From positions 16,243,375-16,307,374 of the forward strand of contig OZ316897.1 of assembly GCA_973895155.1 (NCBI GenBank): a stretch of DNA of 64,000 bases. Direction: 5' to 3'. The notes under the pieces were generated by a model. It was not told the origin of the DNA, made no database searches, and saw only the letters and a list, made by a program, of their open reading frames with translations. The stretch's first letter is position 1, and the number at the start of each line of letters is the position of its first letter. Origin of the DNA: Marsupella aquatica (lineage: Eukaryota; Plantae; Marchantiophyta). Of this stretch, positions 38,217-49,830 are shown in pieces. The position numbers and the translations under genes are program-made.

Positions 38217-40760
38217 CACAGTGGTTAAGAATATTTTAATGTCCTGTTTTGGTGCCTAAGTGCATGCCATAGTTAAACAACCACTTGCCGGCCCTATATA
38301 AAGGAAAAGTGTACAAGACTTCCTCCTTTCCACATTTTAGTAACTCCCTCCCTCTACCCTGCCAGGTTCGCCTGTATAAGAAGTGTCGCGCTCCTCCCTT
38401 CATTTACAGTGCCAGTGTCCTCCACAATTTGATGATGGATATCGACGGTTTTAAAATGTCATAATGTCTTATTTTCGTGTATAAGTGCATTTTATGGCTA
38501 AGAACATAGTAGTGTTTTGTTTAGAGGGCATTGTGGACCCTCAAACCCTGAAAAACAAGGAGAGTTTTGAGGTTACTCATCATGCTCTGCTAATGTACAC
38601 TAATGTACTTGAAGGCCTAAGAGATTATTATTTTTACTGTTTTTAGTAAAATGGCAGGAGAAGTGTCACAATGAGCCAAACCTTTCTTTTCCATGATTGA
38701 GTACTCAAAACTTACATAGAGGAAAAGTCACAAAGGACATTAAGGATAAGATAACTGAGGCACCCTCACCTCGCTCCCTCTCTCCCACCCTCAACTGTTG
38801 TCTAGAAGTTACCAAGGCTCCATGGCTCTCGTCCAAGTCCCGCGTTGTCGTTGTGTGTCCGCAGCGTCTGTCTTTCCTCTGCTTCTGAGATGTTGTTGCC
38901 CAGGTCTGTTCCAAAAACCCAAGCAAAGGCTGACAAAGACAAAAACAGCGCTGACACTCTCACACAACGACATTTTGCTGAGCCTGGGCGATTCATGGAA
39001 TGTTGCACAGCTTTCGGGCATCCTGCCGCATCTCCAAACCTCCCTGTATCAGGGCCAGATATAGTGTGGCCGTCCCGGTTTGTGCATGAAAACATTAATG
39101 ATTCTTTTTCATTTCAGGAAATCACTTAATAAGGGCAGACTGTTGACAGTGATGCTGGGATGGATCAATCCCACTAACCTTGCAACCTGAATGATTGGAT
39201 TACGGTTGACAAGAAAAGTGAATTTTTTTTAAGGAAAGAAAACTGTTCATTACAAAACATATTTTTCTCTTTCCATCTGGATTGCACTGGTCTATCCGGG
39301 ATTTTGTCAAATTTTTAGATTCATGGGGATCCAAAATGTCTCTTGTTTACTGTTTTAATTTTAAAAAGATGTATACACTGAACAGACAGTGCTTACACCA
39401 AATGCTTAGAATATTCAAATAACATGACAAGATTCTTTGAGGCTTCCATTTTAAAATAATTACTTATTTGTTGCACCATGGTAGTAGCACCTTTGCTGTC
39501 CATGGCAGCCTTGCTCTCCCCGCTAAACACTGCAAATGCCTTTGACAACTTTCTCGCCTTGTCCTAAGAAACCACATGGATAGGTCAATATCCCCCAATG
39601 CTGAACCTGTCTGTCTCCAGCATCCCACTGAGTCTACATTAGGGCGTCTCTATCCTCGAGCAGCACTAATCTTACTAATAAAGCCCAAAGAGAATCTGCT
39701 TTCCAGGCCCTGGACTGAAGCCTCTAGAACATAACTTTGAGGGCACCACTTAATTTTGGGGGTGCTTTGGGGGTGCGGGTGAAAAACGCGTGTCAAAAAA
39801 CAGGAACTGGGTTTAGGGTGAAGGTTTTGAAAATGGAGTAACACAACGGCGCTGTGTGCTACTATACATTGCTCTCTTCCACCGGCAAGCTGCTGTGTGC
39901 TGCGCTCCCATAGCTCACCCCTATTCAATTTTCAAAGAACGGGTAGTCGGGATAGCTAGTGGCAAACATTGTGGGCAACACAACTACCATTAACTATTAC
40001 GGTACTCGAGTGAATTGTTTACTTTTGTTTCTTTTGTGCGCAGCCTATAAAGCTTCTTTACGCTGTGTCTTGTGGATGCCTTTTAAGAACAAAAACGTAT
40101 GGAATGCTGATTCAAATTCCATAAGATATGTGTCCATAGCCAATAACTCATTATTTACCCACTTTGAACTTTGAAACACCCTTCTGTAGATTAGTCAAAG
40201 AAATTGTTGGCGTGGAGTCCTCAACCCTAAACAAGTCAACCTCTAAGCAGTCCTCCATCCTGATTCCCTAACTCTAAAATTCCTCAACCCTAATTAATAT
40301 GGCTTAGCTGATGATTCCCTATAGGGCATGGATTACCTAGCCATGTTCCGTGTGTGCATCGACATTTGGGGGGATTTACTATGCCACTCTCACCCAGGTT
40401 GTGAGAGAAGAAAATAGTCACTTTTTGTCCACTGTTTTACTTTGTTAAGACATTTTACTAACTATGGTAATCTGGATGGGGCTTAACTAGTGATTAAATA
40501 TATGACAAATTTGTGTCCCAGATTGAATGTGTCTGTTTGTAATGGATAGTCAGTGTTGCTTGACTTAAGATGGAGTATACAATAAATTTGTGTATAAAAT
40601 TAAATTATCCAATAATGTGCATTTCAAGGTGTAGTGGTATTGAGAGTTGCTTTGTAAACCCTTATTCTTCCTTTGGTTCTAAATGCAAAGTGTTTTGGAT
40701 TTCTGGAAGAAATATTAACTTTTCTATAGGGCAACCAAGAAACTATTGATTTCTCAAAAA

Positions 40761-41861
40761 CTGGTTTTTACTAACTTATCCCCCACACTGACAGTTATTA
40801 TCAACCTGTCCCGCACACTATTTTAATTACTATGCTGACCCCCATTTTGTATATGGGTTATTCTAACCCCTGTAATTCTGAGGTCATTGCAGATTGGTTG
40901 TCTGTCACATGCATGGCAAGGCACTATTGGCCACGCCGCACACAGCCAGTAATGCCCTAACCTGGGAAGACAAAATTGTGCAAAGGAGGTATGAGGGCCA
41001 GTGCGTTGCCCAGGGTTGTGCAAAGGTCCCCGGGAGAGTCTGGGCCCCATGTACAAGCATTTCAAGGTCAAGGACAGGGAAGGGGAGAGGGAGCATTTGA
41101 GCTCCCTTCCCTCAGGAGCGGGGCATTAGTGCAGGGCTTGTAAGGCTCCGGGGTCTCACTATATGGAGGCCTCCCCATCACCGGCAACGTTTTTAGGCCT
41201 GGACCCCCTAGAATGCAAGAACAAAATTTTATTTTTTAATCCCTATACAGTTGGAATAAATTTTGATTAAAAAGAACCTTATGGACTTATAAGACTCAAA
41301 ATTGAATTTAAAAGACACTTGTGTTCTTCTGAGAAAATTCTTAAGTATTTTCTTAGAACCAATAAAATGACCATATTCTTCGTTGCACGTGATATGTCAT
41401 TTTGGTGGAAGTGAAACCCCCAAGTTGTAAGGTACTGAAGGGGGGCTCGAAGCAAAGGGGCGTGAGGAATGTGCAGGAGCCCAAGGTCCTCTAGCCCTAT
41501 GAGCATTTAAATGGGAGGTGAAGAAGCCCAGTGTGAGCACAAAGGACGGGCAGAGGGGGGCTCGTTTCTTTTGTGAGCACAAGTATGAGGGCCTGAGGCC
41601 CTATGCAAATCAAGATGCAAATTAGGCAGGGCAATTACGGGTATCAACCCAGGTTAGGGCATTACTGGCTGTGGTTTGGCATGGCCAACAGCATCTTGCC
41701 ATGTGGCAGGCATGCAACCAATCTGGAATGACCTTGGGTTAAAGTACAGGGGTTGGAGACATGGTCCATATTAAAAATTGGGATCAATGCAGTAAATCAA
41801 ATAGTTTTGGGGACAGGTCAATAATAACAGTAAATTTGGGGGACAGGTTAATAAAAAATGG
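40761..41861. mobile_element. Non-autonomous MULE relative (1.1 kb, ~210-bp TIRs)
   Basis: Ends CTGGTTTTTACTAAC / GTTAATAAAAAATGG resemble the 18195-22828 element. TSD TTCTCAAAAA (40751-40760) / TTCTAAAAAA (41862-41871), one mismatch. Confidence 0.85.
41150..41421. mobile_element. ~270-bp MITE (GGGG.TCACT family) nested in the non-autonomous MULE
   Basis: ggggtctcact...atcaccggcaacg / cgttgcacgtgat...agtgaaacccc inverted ends; related copies elsewhere in the window. Confidence 0.6.
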
Positions 41862-43322
41862 TTCTAAAAAAATCTGTGATGAATATTTTCTCCAAATGCT
41901 TTCATTCCAAGTTTTGACAAAGCTCCCCACATACATGTGCAACAATTTTAATGAAGATTTGGATATTGAAAAATAATTTTCATTCATTGAGAATTACAGT
42001 TTAATATTGGGGTATGCTTTATTATGTATATGTCAGGGTAACCCACCCCTTTGAAGGTGTTGTGGGCTGTGAAGTTGAATCCCATTTTCTAAAGGATGGA
42101 ACACATTGGTATGACCATTTCTATTCCAACCAGGGATAATTAGGGTAGTTTTGTAGCCCCACCTATAGCTCAAGCCCCCTTATTAAAAATTTATTTCACT
42201 ATGGACCGTTTTATGGTTTCTTTGATTCATAGGCAATAAACATGGTCTCAATCACAACTATGTGCATGCAACCCAGTCCACCAGTGCTTGAATTGGCCAA
42301 ATGCTCAGGAACGCCAGTGCATACAGAAGCGCATTCAAAAGCCCCTAGACCTATCATGAACAGTTTTGAGATATTATTGGGAATATTTCTTCTATTGGAT
42401 TGAGAAGTTACTGCTCCATCTTCTTGTTATTATTATTATTATTATTACAAGCTAAATTCCTGCACGGTGCACAATTAGCAAGGGTGAGGCACAGATAGCA
42501 AGGCATGGATGGCCAGGAAAGGTGCAGAAGGCAAGGCATGGATGGTGAGGTGGAGGGCACATGGAGAGGTGTTGCTGGCCGATCAAATAGTTTTTCAGCA
42601 AACATCCAGGATTTCTTCCTGCCTGATTGGCAATTTTGAACAGACAATCAATCAAGATAAGCAGGATTGGATATTATAGTGGGTTCATTATTATTATTAT
42701 GTAGCTACTGCAACATTGAAAATTCCTTCTTGAGCTCATCACAAAATAGTGGAGAGGTGGAACATTAGCTCATCATACTATAGTGGCGGTAGATCTTTTC
42801 CTTTTTCCTCTTTCTATATTTTTGGGGTTTACCTTTGCACACTTCATTTGTGTTTGTCTGCTTTGGACATCTTTAGCGCTTTCCTTCGTTGTACTTCTGT
42901 TTGGCCTTTTTGTACCTAAACTTAGAGTGCATTATTCTTGAATGAGTAAACTCAGTTCGGGTGCAGATCAGGTCTCTAGCCTGGTTATTGCACACGGACT
43001 GTATACTAGGACACCAATGAGTCACTCGGGAATTGCAAAAGTTCTCACATTTGGACTAGAGATGGCACAATCAAAGATACCATCGACCAATGTCACATCT
43101 ATAAGTTTGGAAGGAGTGTAGTGTTACAAGTACAGCCTCCATGATACTTGTTATGATATGCCTCCTAGTATAGTGTTGAGAGTCAGCTGGTAGGGTCAAT
43201 CATACATTCCATGATGAGGAAGTAAACGTTATATAACTACATATGTAAACACCACCATTTAATGGACCCTAGCTTGACTCCACATCTTTGAAGCTAAGAA
43301 TAATGTCTAGGAGATAGTTGTT

Positions 43323-46098
43323 TTGGGACCATTAGATGGAGACCATGCATTTAGATGGTCCTATTGGTCTTTACTCATGTTTTTTCCACAGTGGACTCTT
43401 ACCCTCCCTAGTCACGGTGGTCGCGTGGGTCACCGTGAGACTGCCTCTCGTATCCATCATTTTCTGCGGGGAGATTGGGAACAGCTTCAGGAAGGGTACT
43501 TTCTTCGAGCCCGTTCCTTTACTACCCGTGCTTTGTCTGACCCAGCTCGCCACTCTCATCCTCCGGAGCATAGACGCCTTCGTCGCTCTTGTCGTTTAGC
43601 CCAGGCTGGTGAATATCGTCGTGCGGTCCATGCCCTTTCTCCCACCACACCAGCCCCCCCTGGCGAGGTCACCTTGACGGCCCTTCAGGATCTTCATCCG
43701 CAGCCCTATGATCAGCTCCCTTTGTTCGTGGAGGATTTTGAGCCTGAGGAGGATCTTCAGTTTAGTAGGGACCACTTCACCTATGCTTTCCTCCATGCTC
43801 CGCGTTGCGCGGCTGGTGGCCCCTCTGGCTATGTCTTTGAGCATTTTCATGATTTATTCCCCCCTGAGGATCCTCAGTCTGGTTTTCCAGTTTTCTTCTC
43901 CTTTTGCCAGTGTATTGCTGCCGGTCGTTTGCCTCCTCCCGTCTCTCGGCTTTTGAGTGTTTCTTGTTTATTGGCCATGGCTAAGTCTTCACCGGGTGTT
44001 CGGCCCATAGCTATTGGAGAGGTTTTTCTTCGTCTGGTGTCTCGTACACTTTCATTGCAGTATCGCTCTGCACTATCGGATCATCTCTCTCCACATCAGT
44101 TTGCAGTGGGCGTTCCTGGCGGTTGTGAGACAGTTATTGCGGGTATTCATACACCTCCACCTTGATTGGGTTGTCCTCTAGGTTGATGTCTCCAATGCTT
44201 TCAATATGGTTTCTCGGGCAGCAATTTTTCGTGCTTTGAGGGCAGCGGATCCAGACATCCAGTCCCTTATCCCCTTTGTTTGTTGTTTTTATGGGTTCGA
44301 GGCCCCCCTCTTCTATAGTCATTACACCTCTACAGGAGTGTATACCACTCTTTCTTCTGCAAAAGGTACACGTCAGGGTGACCCTTTGGGTGGGCCTCTT
44401 TTTGCCATTGCCCATTTTACTGCTTTACGGGAAGCCTCCGCGGCCCACCCCCAGTGTATCTTCCCCTCCCTTTCAGATGACACCCACATCATAGGTCCAC
44501 CTGTTGCTGTTACTTCTGCCCTCGCCACCCTTTCCACCCATTTGTTGGGCCTCGGTTTACGGGTTCAGCCGGTGAAGAGTCGTGCATGGAGTCCAGCTGG
44601 GTTATCCTCTGATCTTGCGCTTCCCCCTGGGTTCTTACGTCCAGCCAACGGTCTTTGGGTCCTTGGCTCCCCAGTCGGTACCGCCTCCTTTTGCTCATCT
44701 TTCATTGCTGACGCTCTCCAGGTTGCCTTAGCCCCTACTCCTATGCTCCCTAAGTTAGTAGACTCTCAAGCAACATTTGGGTTGTTGTTGAGATGCATCC
44801 ACCCTCGTGCGTCCTATTTGGCTCGGACACATCCCCCTACCGAGGATCTTTATCTACACCTCCGAGCGTTTGATGTCTCCATTCGTGAGACTTTGGCCTC
44901 TCTTTTAGGGCCAGGTACTTTGCTCTCATCTCCGTGGCTTCATCGACAACTCAGTCTTCCTATTTCTCATGGTGGTTTTGGGCTTACTTCCACTGAGCGC
45001 CTTGCACCTTTGGCCTTCTTGGGCGCGTGGGCGGCCGCCTTCTCATTGTTGGCAGATCATTTCCTTACTGAGGATCGACCTTTTTTACTTTCATCTCTCA
45101 TGGAGGTCGAGGAGGGTTCCCTCCCATTTCAGGTTCATTTGCGCATGGCGCGGTCATCATTACCCGATCCTGTTTGAGCTGCGTTACCTTCATTCCAGGA
45201 GTTTTTATCCTTGGACCCCGTCCGTCTTCAGGCAGACCTTGCTGGGCGTATGCACGCTTTCACCATCTCCAGCATCCTCACCGAGGCACCTGACACAGAC
45301 CGAGCTCGGATTCTTTCTTCCGGAGGGAAGGGCGCAAGAGGCTGGCTTCAGGCCAATCCAGTCATTCCTCACCTGCGGATGTCTTCAGCGGAGTTTGCGA
45401 CAACCATGCGTCTTTGTATGGGCTTGCCCCACCCACTTCTTGCTGGTTTACCTCCTACTTGCACTTGTGGGAATCCTTGTGATGCCACAGGTGTCCATCT
45501 TCTTCGATGCAGTTTGGGCAACGAAACCATTTTTGTTCACGACGCTGTGAGAGATGCGACTGCTCAGGTTCTCTCTAGCTCTTTGGTCTGCGCGCAGCGG
45601 GAGGTGGTGCTCGAGTTACCTGGTCCTCCATCACAGCGGTTACGGGTGAATCTTACCATGGTCCGTGAAGGTCATCGTACTTTGGCAGATGTAGTGGTGG
45701 CAAACCCATTGCGCCAAGACATCATTGGGACAGCGGCAACAATGGCAGGGGCAGCAGCATCACGAGCAGCAACAACGAAGGAGGCCAAATATGATGCACA
45801 AGCTTCATCTGATAGCTTCCTACCCCTTGCTCTTGAGATATTTGGGCGTCTCCATCATCAGTTTGACGGGCTTCTTCGCCAAGCTGCTCGGGATGTTCAC
45901 GGCCGGATGGGTCCCACCGGGCCCCCGCTATCTGTTTTGACCACGCACTTTCGCCAACGCATTTCAGTCACCTTACAGCGTGCTCAAGCTCGTGCCGTCT
46001 ATTGTCGATCTCTGACAGTGGGTGCTAGTGTGTCCGCAGCGGCTAGCCCCCCTAGAGGACATTCCTGTCCCACTTGCCGATCTAGTTTCGACACTTGA
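43323..46098 (+). pseudogene. Reverse transcriptase-RLE polyprotein, disrupted
   Basis: Three collinear ORFs (43323-44165, 44206-45177, 45211-46098) separated by a frameshift near 44150, TAG 44179-44181 and TGA 45175-45177. Confidence 0.88.
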
Positions 46099-46335
46099 TG
46101 TAGACCACTAGCTTGTTGCCACATTTGCTAGGTATGATGAGGACCTCGGTCCATTTGCGGTAGTTTTAGTTCCTCTTTCTTGGTTTTTAGGGGTTTCTTT
46201 TTGCTCACTTCTTTTAGTTCCTCTTTCTTGGTTTTTAGGGTTTCCTTTTGCTCACTTCTTTTGCGTTTGGTTTTGTCCACTTGGGACCTCTCTTGTTTAT
46301 TCTTTTGTACTCTATTTGGCCTTTTTCTGTAAAAA
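43340..46335 (+). mobile_element. 5'-truncated CRE/SLACS-clade non-LTR retrotransposon (RT + CCHC + restriction-like endonuclease)
   Basis: GVRPIAIGEVFLRLV, QFAVGVPGGCE, VDVSNAFN, GTRQGDPLGGPLF, SLSDDTHI, CTCGNPCDATGVHLLRC, HDAVRD, TLADVVVANP, KEAKY, FLPLALEIFGRL. T-rich 3'UTR ending CTGTAAAAA. 5' boundary approximate. Confidence 0.85.
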
Positions 46336-46579
46336 GTATGTGTATATTTCCTTATTTAGAAACTAAAAAGAGCTCAAACGGTATGAGAAAGGTCATTTTA
46401 ATATACGAGGACATTTGTGTTGTTACTTTATTGGTGCAGGTGCATTAGGGGTTGCCATTATTGGCGTTGATCATATACTCTTAGACAAAAACATCTATAT
46501 ATGTAGAATGAGATTTGTGTAGATAGCCCTTGTATTGGGAAAATCAAATCAACAAATGAACTGGTAGGATTGATGCACA

Positions 46580-46818
46580 TCTACAACTATGATAAGGGAT
46601 CCCGCATGTTTTTGTCCTTTTTCCCAATATAAAAATGCTTCTCGGTGGAAAATATCCACAGCTGTTGGATTTGTTTGGTTGTTTTCCCTGACCATTGATG
46701 GAGGAAATGGGCACCCCTGCTGCATATGTGCTTCCCCCCACTGCCCCATAAATGCCTCAGCCCGACTCCCTATAGGCCGACCCTCCTTGCGCCGTGCAAC
46801 ACACGGGCATAGGGCTCG
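46580..46818 (+). mobile_element. Non-autonomous mini-Helitron
   Basis: A|TCTACAACTAT start, CTCG|T end, CCGTG-caaca-CACGG hairpin 12 nt before the end, no TSD; second copy at 59576-59788. Confidence 0.7.
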
Positions 46819-49399
46819 TATCCCCATAATAGACTTCCTAGCTACATATAATTGATGAAGAGAGACTTAGGAGATCCTATTCTTTTGGGAGTATTGTACC
46901 TTACAGCTTGTTAACACTCTGACACACACTATTCAATTTTCATGAAGTTTTCTAAACAATTCTGCTCTGACTACAAGAACAAGTATCGAGAGTGTGATAT
47001 TTCCCAGACCAAGACTCATGGACAATTAAGCCTATGACAAACGGAGGGGCATGTGTGGGGAATGCAATCAATGTGTTTCAAGAGATCCAGCAGACAAAGC
47101 TATAAACCACCACTTGAGGTTGTCTAACCTTTCACCACAAAAACAGTGTACAGGTCACCATTCAGCCTTTTCTCATTGGGACCCACCCATTGCTATGTGA
47201 GTTCGGGCAAACCAGTGCTGAAATGGCCACCAGAAGTCTTCGACCATCAAGAAAGGCCAGCCACCTTAAATTAATAGTTGGGATGGCATCTCAGTCCAGT
47301 AGGAAAAGAGGAATTCAATCTAGGTCCCCTCATTCCTGTAATCCCCCCTCCAACTAAGCAATTCCAACCAAAGCCACAATTGCATGAAAGTCATACAAGG
47401 GACTCTAGACTTTCACTCTATAAGATGTGTTTTATTCATGCACACTCTGTTGAAATACAAAGGTTTCACTGTGTAAGATGTGTAAGATTTAAGCATTCTG
47501 GCCTATATAACTTCCAAAGTTTCTCATGCTTGTTGTGTTGTTTCACTTGGCTTTCAGTTTGGCGCCTATAGAAGGTCATGAGGTTGCCTTTTGTATTGGT
47601 TCTTGGATTTTAGGCTTTCGCATGCCCTAATCTAGCTGGATGAAGTAAAGTTTTCATAAGATTTTGCCCATTTACAATTAATAAAACCAAGCCCTCAATG
47701 ATCACTTAAATTGCATATCATGAACCTTATAGTGAAAGCATGAAACCAATTTTCACAATTCATTGTACACATAAGGTGGTTTTCACATTTCATTGTAAAC
47801 TTAAGTTGAATTCTTCACACTTTATGATAGCATTCTCTCTGCCCACTGCAGTATGGTCTTCTTTCAAAAATTAAATTCATAACTTATTTAATATCAATAT
47901 TTTTGTTTGGGTTTGAAAATATTAATTAAATAAAAATGTCAGATCCTGACAAATACCTCGCCCCATGTTTGAGAGAGTATCTAGTCAGAAGGTAAATCTA
48001 TCATGCAAAAACGATTCAGTTTGGCCAGATCTTGCAAAATGAAAGAAAAGCTCTTAGGCAATTCTACGTGTAAGGGTGCCATATAGAAAGAATGTTGGTT
48101 TCCAGGTTTAAAAATTCTTCTTTTAAACGAAACAGGGAACACAAATTTGTAATCAAATTTTTACCAGGGTAATTGTAAAGGGTTTTGCTTTTGCCAGAAT
48201 GACCAAAGTCACCTTGTGCACAGGAGAAGATGCCAAAATATCCCTGACTTATCAATTTTTCCTAAATTATTTTTCTAATGTAAGTTACATCTCCCTAGAT
48301 TTAAGGTTAACTTTCAGATTGTGGCTAGTGGGGTCAGATTGCAAGGTGGGAAACTTATTAATCCAAGACAAAAACCCAGGCAAAGTTTTCCCTAAAGTGA
48401 ACCAAAAGTGGCAAAGATTTTTCATTGAGGTGGAATTTGCCGATTTTTCCTACTAAAAAAGGGTTTGACTTATTCTGTCAATCTCGAACTACAGTTTCAT
48501 GAGGGGAATCCAAACTTAATATTCTCAGGCCACTCAATTTAGAAGCAACCCTTAATCAATTGAGGGCATGACGTTACATTCATTGGTTTTCCCTTGGCTC
48601 CTTGTTCAAACTTCCAAAAGCAAATCTTAAAAAATTAGAATTGGCCTTGCTCCCACCGTCACCTCTATGAGTCTAAGTCTTTCTTCTACTCCTCCAAAGC
48701 ATGACAAGCTTAACTGACTTGCCATTCCATTTTAATATATGCATCTATTTTTAAGGTATACACTCAAGACAGCATCTCATCGAAAAGTGTCTCACGGTCT
48801 CAGCGGTGGAACCTATGACAAATGGTTGTGAAAAAGGTGCAGGTTACCAACATTAATTATATATCAGAGTGCCAAAAAACAAAAACGCCAAACTGGAAGA
48901 CAATGATCCCAAAGGCAAAAGATCCAATAAAGGGGGGAAAGAGGAAAAGGAAGAACCCAATTAAAGAAGACCAAAGAGGCACCTAGAGAGTCCCCAACAA
49001 CTGCAAAAGAACTAAAAGCCTACAAAGGAATAAAGAAGACAAAAACCCTACTTGGCTGAAAACTGAAAAGCCTGGTGGTCTTATATGTTCTATCTTGTGT
49101 TTTCTCAAGTCATAAGTTTACTTCGTCATTTAATTTAGTTTCACTTAAACGTGAAACCTACTTTTTCCTCCTACATTCACATAGATTATAAGTTGGCTAG
49201 CCAGGTACATAGTTCTTTCCCTTTGTCTTCAGATCTGCAGTGAACTTGAATGTTAATGCCTGGTATATCCTATTTGCGGAAAGAATATTCCATTAAAGAG
49301 CAAATGCTTCCAAAGACAAAAAGGCAAGACTGTCTTTGAACTTGGGACGGTCTAGTGGGTTTTCAATGGTGAAGTTTTGCCATTTTTCCACTCTCACGA

Positions 49400-49830
49400 A
49401 ATTGAAGCCCAGACGGACCCCCATATTTGCCCAAATGCTTGGATAGATATTTTGCAACCCGAATGGACCATACAAAAACCCTACTTTTTGATTATAGTAC
49501 ATTTTACACTGTCAAGTGAAATGTGGCAAGAAAATGTGACAGTAGTCTTTGGAAATTCTTAGGTCTCTCAATTCTCAATAAAATTTGATGATGTAGGATT
49601 CAATGGACAGATCCTTCCAAGCTGTTTCTACCAAAGCTCAAAAAACACAATCCCTGATTGGATATTCAGGGAGATACAGAGTGTCAAAGTGAGCTGCTCA
49701 ATACTTCAGAAGCACAAAGTGTGGACAGTTAGTGATGAAGTGATCTGTACAAATTCATAACTCTCTCAATCATTCATGAAAACTAGAGATATGGACTGGT
49801 TGAAAGATATTTCTAACAAGCCCAAGAAGA
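49400..49830. repeat. Dispersed repeat, copy 1 (unclassified TE fragment)
   Basis: Diverged homology to ~52860-53240 (gaagc.cagatggacc...aaatgcttggatag...aaatgtggcaagaaaatg). Confidence 0.65.

Noticed and set aside
38697-39129. Cluster of overlapping short ORFs
   Set aside because: No family motifs or consistent splice structure.
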